This document shows, in pieces, positions 62,620-64,000 of a stretch of DNA of 64,000 bases. This DNA is from Podarcis liolepis (taxonomy: Eukaryota): NCBI GenBank assembly GCA_965112155.1, contig OZ218107.1, one strand, 5' to 3'. How positions within the stretch are numbered: the stretch's first letter is position 1; every line of letters starts with the position of its first letter. Made by a program: the position numbers and the translations under genes. The notes beneath the pieces were generated by a model. That model was not told the DNA's origin, did not search any database, and saw nothing but the letters and a program-made list of their open reading frames with translations.

Positions 62620-63309
62620 CTGAAAAGGAGGAAGAAGCGAGGCAATATAATCAGCCTAAGTACTAAGCCTTTGTATCTTCACAGTCACACACTTTCCTAC
62701 ATTTCTGAAAGCTTGCTTCTTGATACAAGAGGATCTTCAGTTATTGTGAAACACAGAGGAGGAGAAAGGAAGGTATGGAGACTTGATGATTTCATTAATT
62801 TAATGAATTAATTTAAATTTTAAAAAAAATTCTAAGTCAGCCTAGGCAGCTATGGAGCTCAGCTTATCAGCTTGATGCGTAAACGAATGACCCACCTTTT
62901 CAAATTGTGTTGGGCTGCCTATCTCTTACCTAGCTTTAGTCTAGATACACTGCAGCATTTGAGTCAGCTTAAAGCATATTGGCTTGAAAGCAGATGCAAT
63001 AGCATTTGAAGTGAGTTGGTATAATGAAAGAGTTGCTTCGTATTTGCTGCTCTTGGGCCTTCCCCATCCCTTACTTGGTTTATTGGCAATAAAGAGGAAC
63101 ATGTTGAATTACTGTACAATTTTGTGACTAGGCAACAGAAACTAGAACAGTGCCCATAATCACTTTGCTGAGATGGCTGGCAAGAGTGCTAGTCTGAGCA
63201 TGTTAATAGGATGCGTTTGAAGCCCTGCCAAAGAAGAAAGAGAGACAAACGTTCTCCCCAAACTGCTGTTCTACAAGCCCTTGTGCAGTAGTGGGAACTA
63301 GCAGCTCAC

Positions 63310-63476
63310 TTGCGTAGCGGGAGAAGTTGGCAGTCGCAAGAGAAAGGAACATCACTCAGGCTGATGACCTCCAGAGCTGTAAAGCTGTGTAAGTTCGGCA
63401 GACTGCGCACTTTGTTTTTCTCAAGATACAGGCTTCGTATCTGTGGGCCCAAGCCAGTGAAGGCACCAGAGGAAAT
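63310..63476 (-). CDS. CHADL: CHADL internal exon (last LRRs and start of LRRCT)
   Basis: tttgcag|ATT TCC TCT GGT GCC...CGC AA|gtgagc; ISSGAFTGLGPQIRSLYLEKNKVRSLPNLHSFTALEVISLSDVPFSCDCQLLPLRK; synteny with L3MBTL2. Confidence 0.92.
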
Positions 63477-64000
63477 CTGCAAACACAGAACGAGTTTGGC
63501 TGTCAGACGCTTAATGACATCAGCAGCAAATTCTACGTTAGCCAGTTATCTGAAACTTCTGGTGACCTTGACCCACTTGGCGTGTCCCACCAGAACCCTT
63601 TGGAAGGTCTCTTCTACTTATCCAGGCACTTTAGCTTCCACATCCCACCCCAGACTGATCAAATTATGGTCGTTCCATATTACTTTAAGGAAAAAAACTT
63701 GGATGGGGAAATGGAATTGCTCTACCAGATCTGAGCATCTTCAACCTATAGCTATAAGGGTGCCGGAATAAAGGAAATAATAGTTCTAGCTTTTAAATTT
63801 GCTCATCTGCCATGGTTTCAGGCTTTGTACCTTCTCCCAGCCCCTTTGAAAAGTATCCAATTGATGGCAGCTTTTAAGCAAAGGAAAAACAGCAATAACC
63901 CCCGAGATCATATTTATACATTGTGCAGGTAGTTTGGATGCAAGCTGTTTAAAAAACTGACACAGTGAGTCAGACCCCTGGTTCATTTAGCTGCGCTCTG

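Noticed and set aside
62236-63771. Plus-strand ORFs of 191, 125 and 153 aa
   Set aside because: Antisense shadows of CHADL exons; the minus strand carries the LRR/LRRCT motifs and the splice sites.

Overview
Eukaryotic (vertebrate) genomic DNA, most likely from a lacertid lizard, inferred from a full-length lacertid-type Sauria SINE and other squamate repeats. The window holds the conserved amniote block EP300 - L3MBTL2 - CHADL. It contains the 3' half of EP300 on + (exons equivalent to human 16-31: bromodomain, RING/PHD, HAT, ZZ, TAZ2, NCBD, then the 3'UTR and poly(A) signal). It also contains a complete 17-exon L3MBTL2 on + with a CpG-island promoter, and the last two recognisable coding exons of CHADL on -. 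Exon boundaries were read by hand from GT-AG sites and reading-frame continuity. The introns are rich in transposons: Penelope-like elements, hAT and Tc1/mariner MITEs, CR1/L2 fragments and SINEs. Notable observations: (1) a 347-nt AG-free zone with a distant branch point before EP300 exon 20, leading to two in-frame acceptors that add or omit SSPKYGLLAD in the RING domain; (2) an intact minimal hammerhead ribozyme motif from a Penelope terminus, in sense orientation in L3MBTL2 intron 1, with a near-perfect antisense copy upstream in the same intron; (3) a perfect 85-bp-arm hairpin nested in a MITE just after the L3MBTL2 stop; (4) a 4x19-aa tandem repeat that multiplies SUMO consensus sites at the L3MBTL2 C-terminus; (5) a hAT element carrying a CpG-island/promoter-like cargo. 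No database searches were possible, so novelty is unverified and comparisons with human sequences are from memory.
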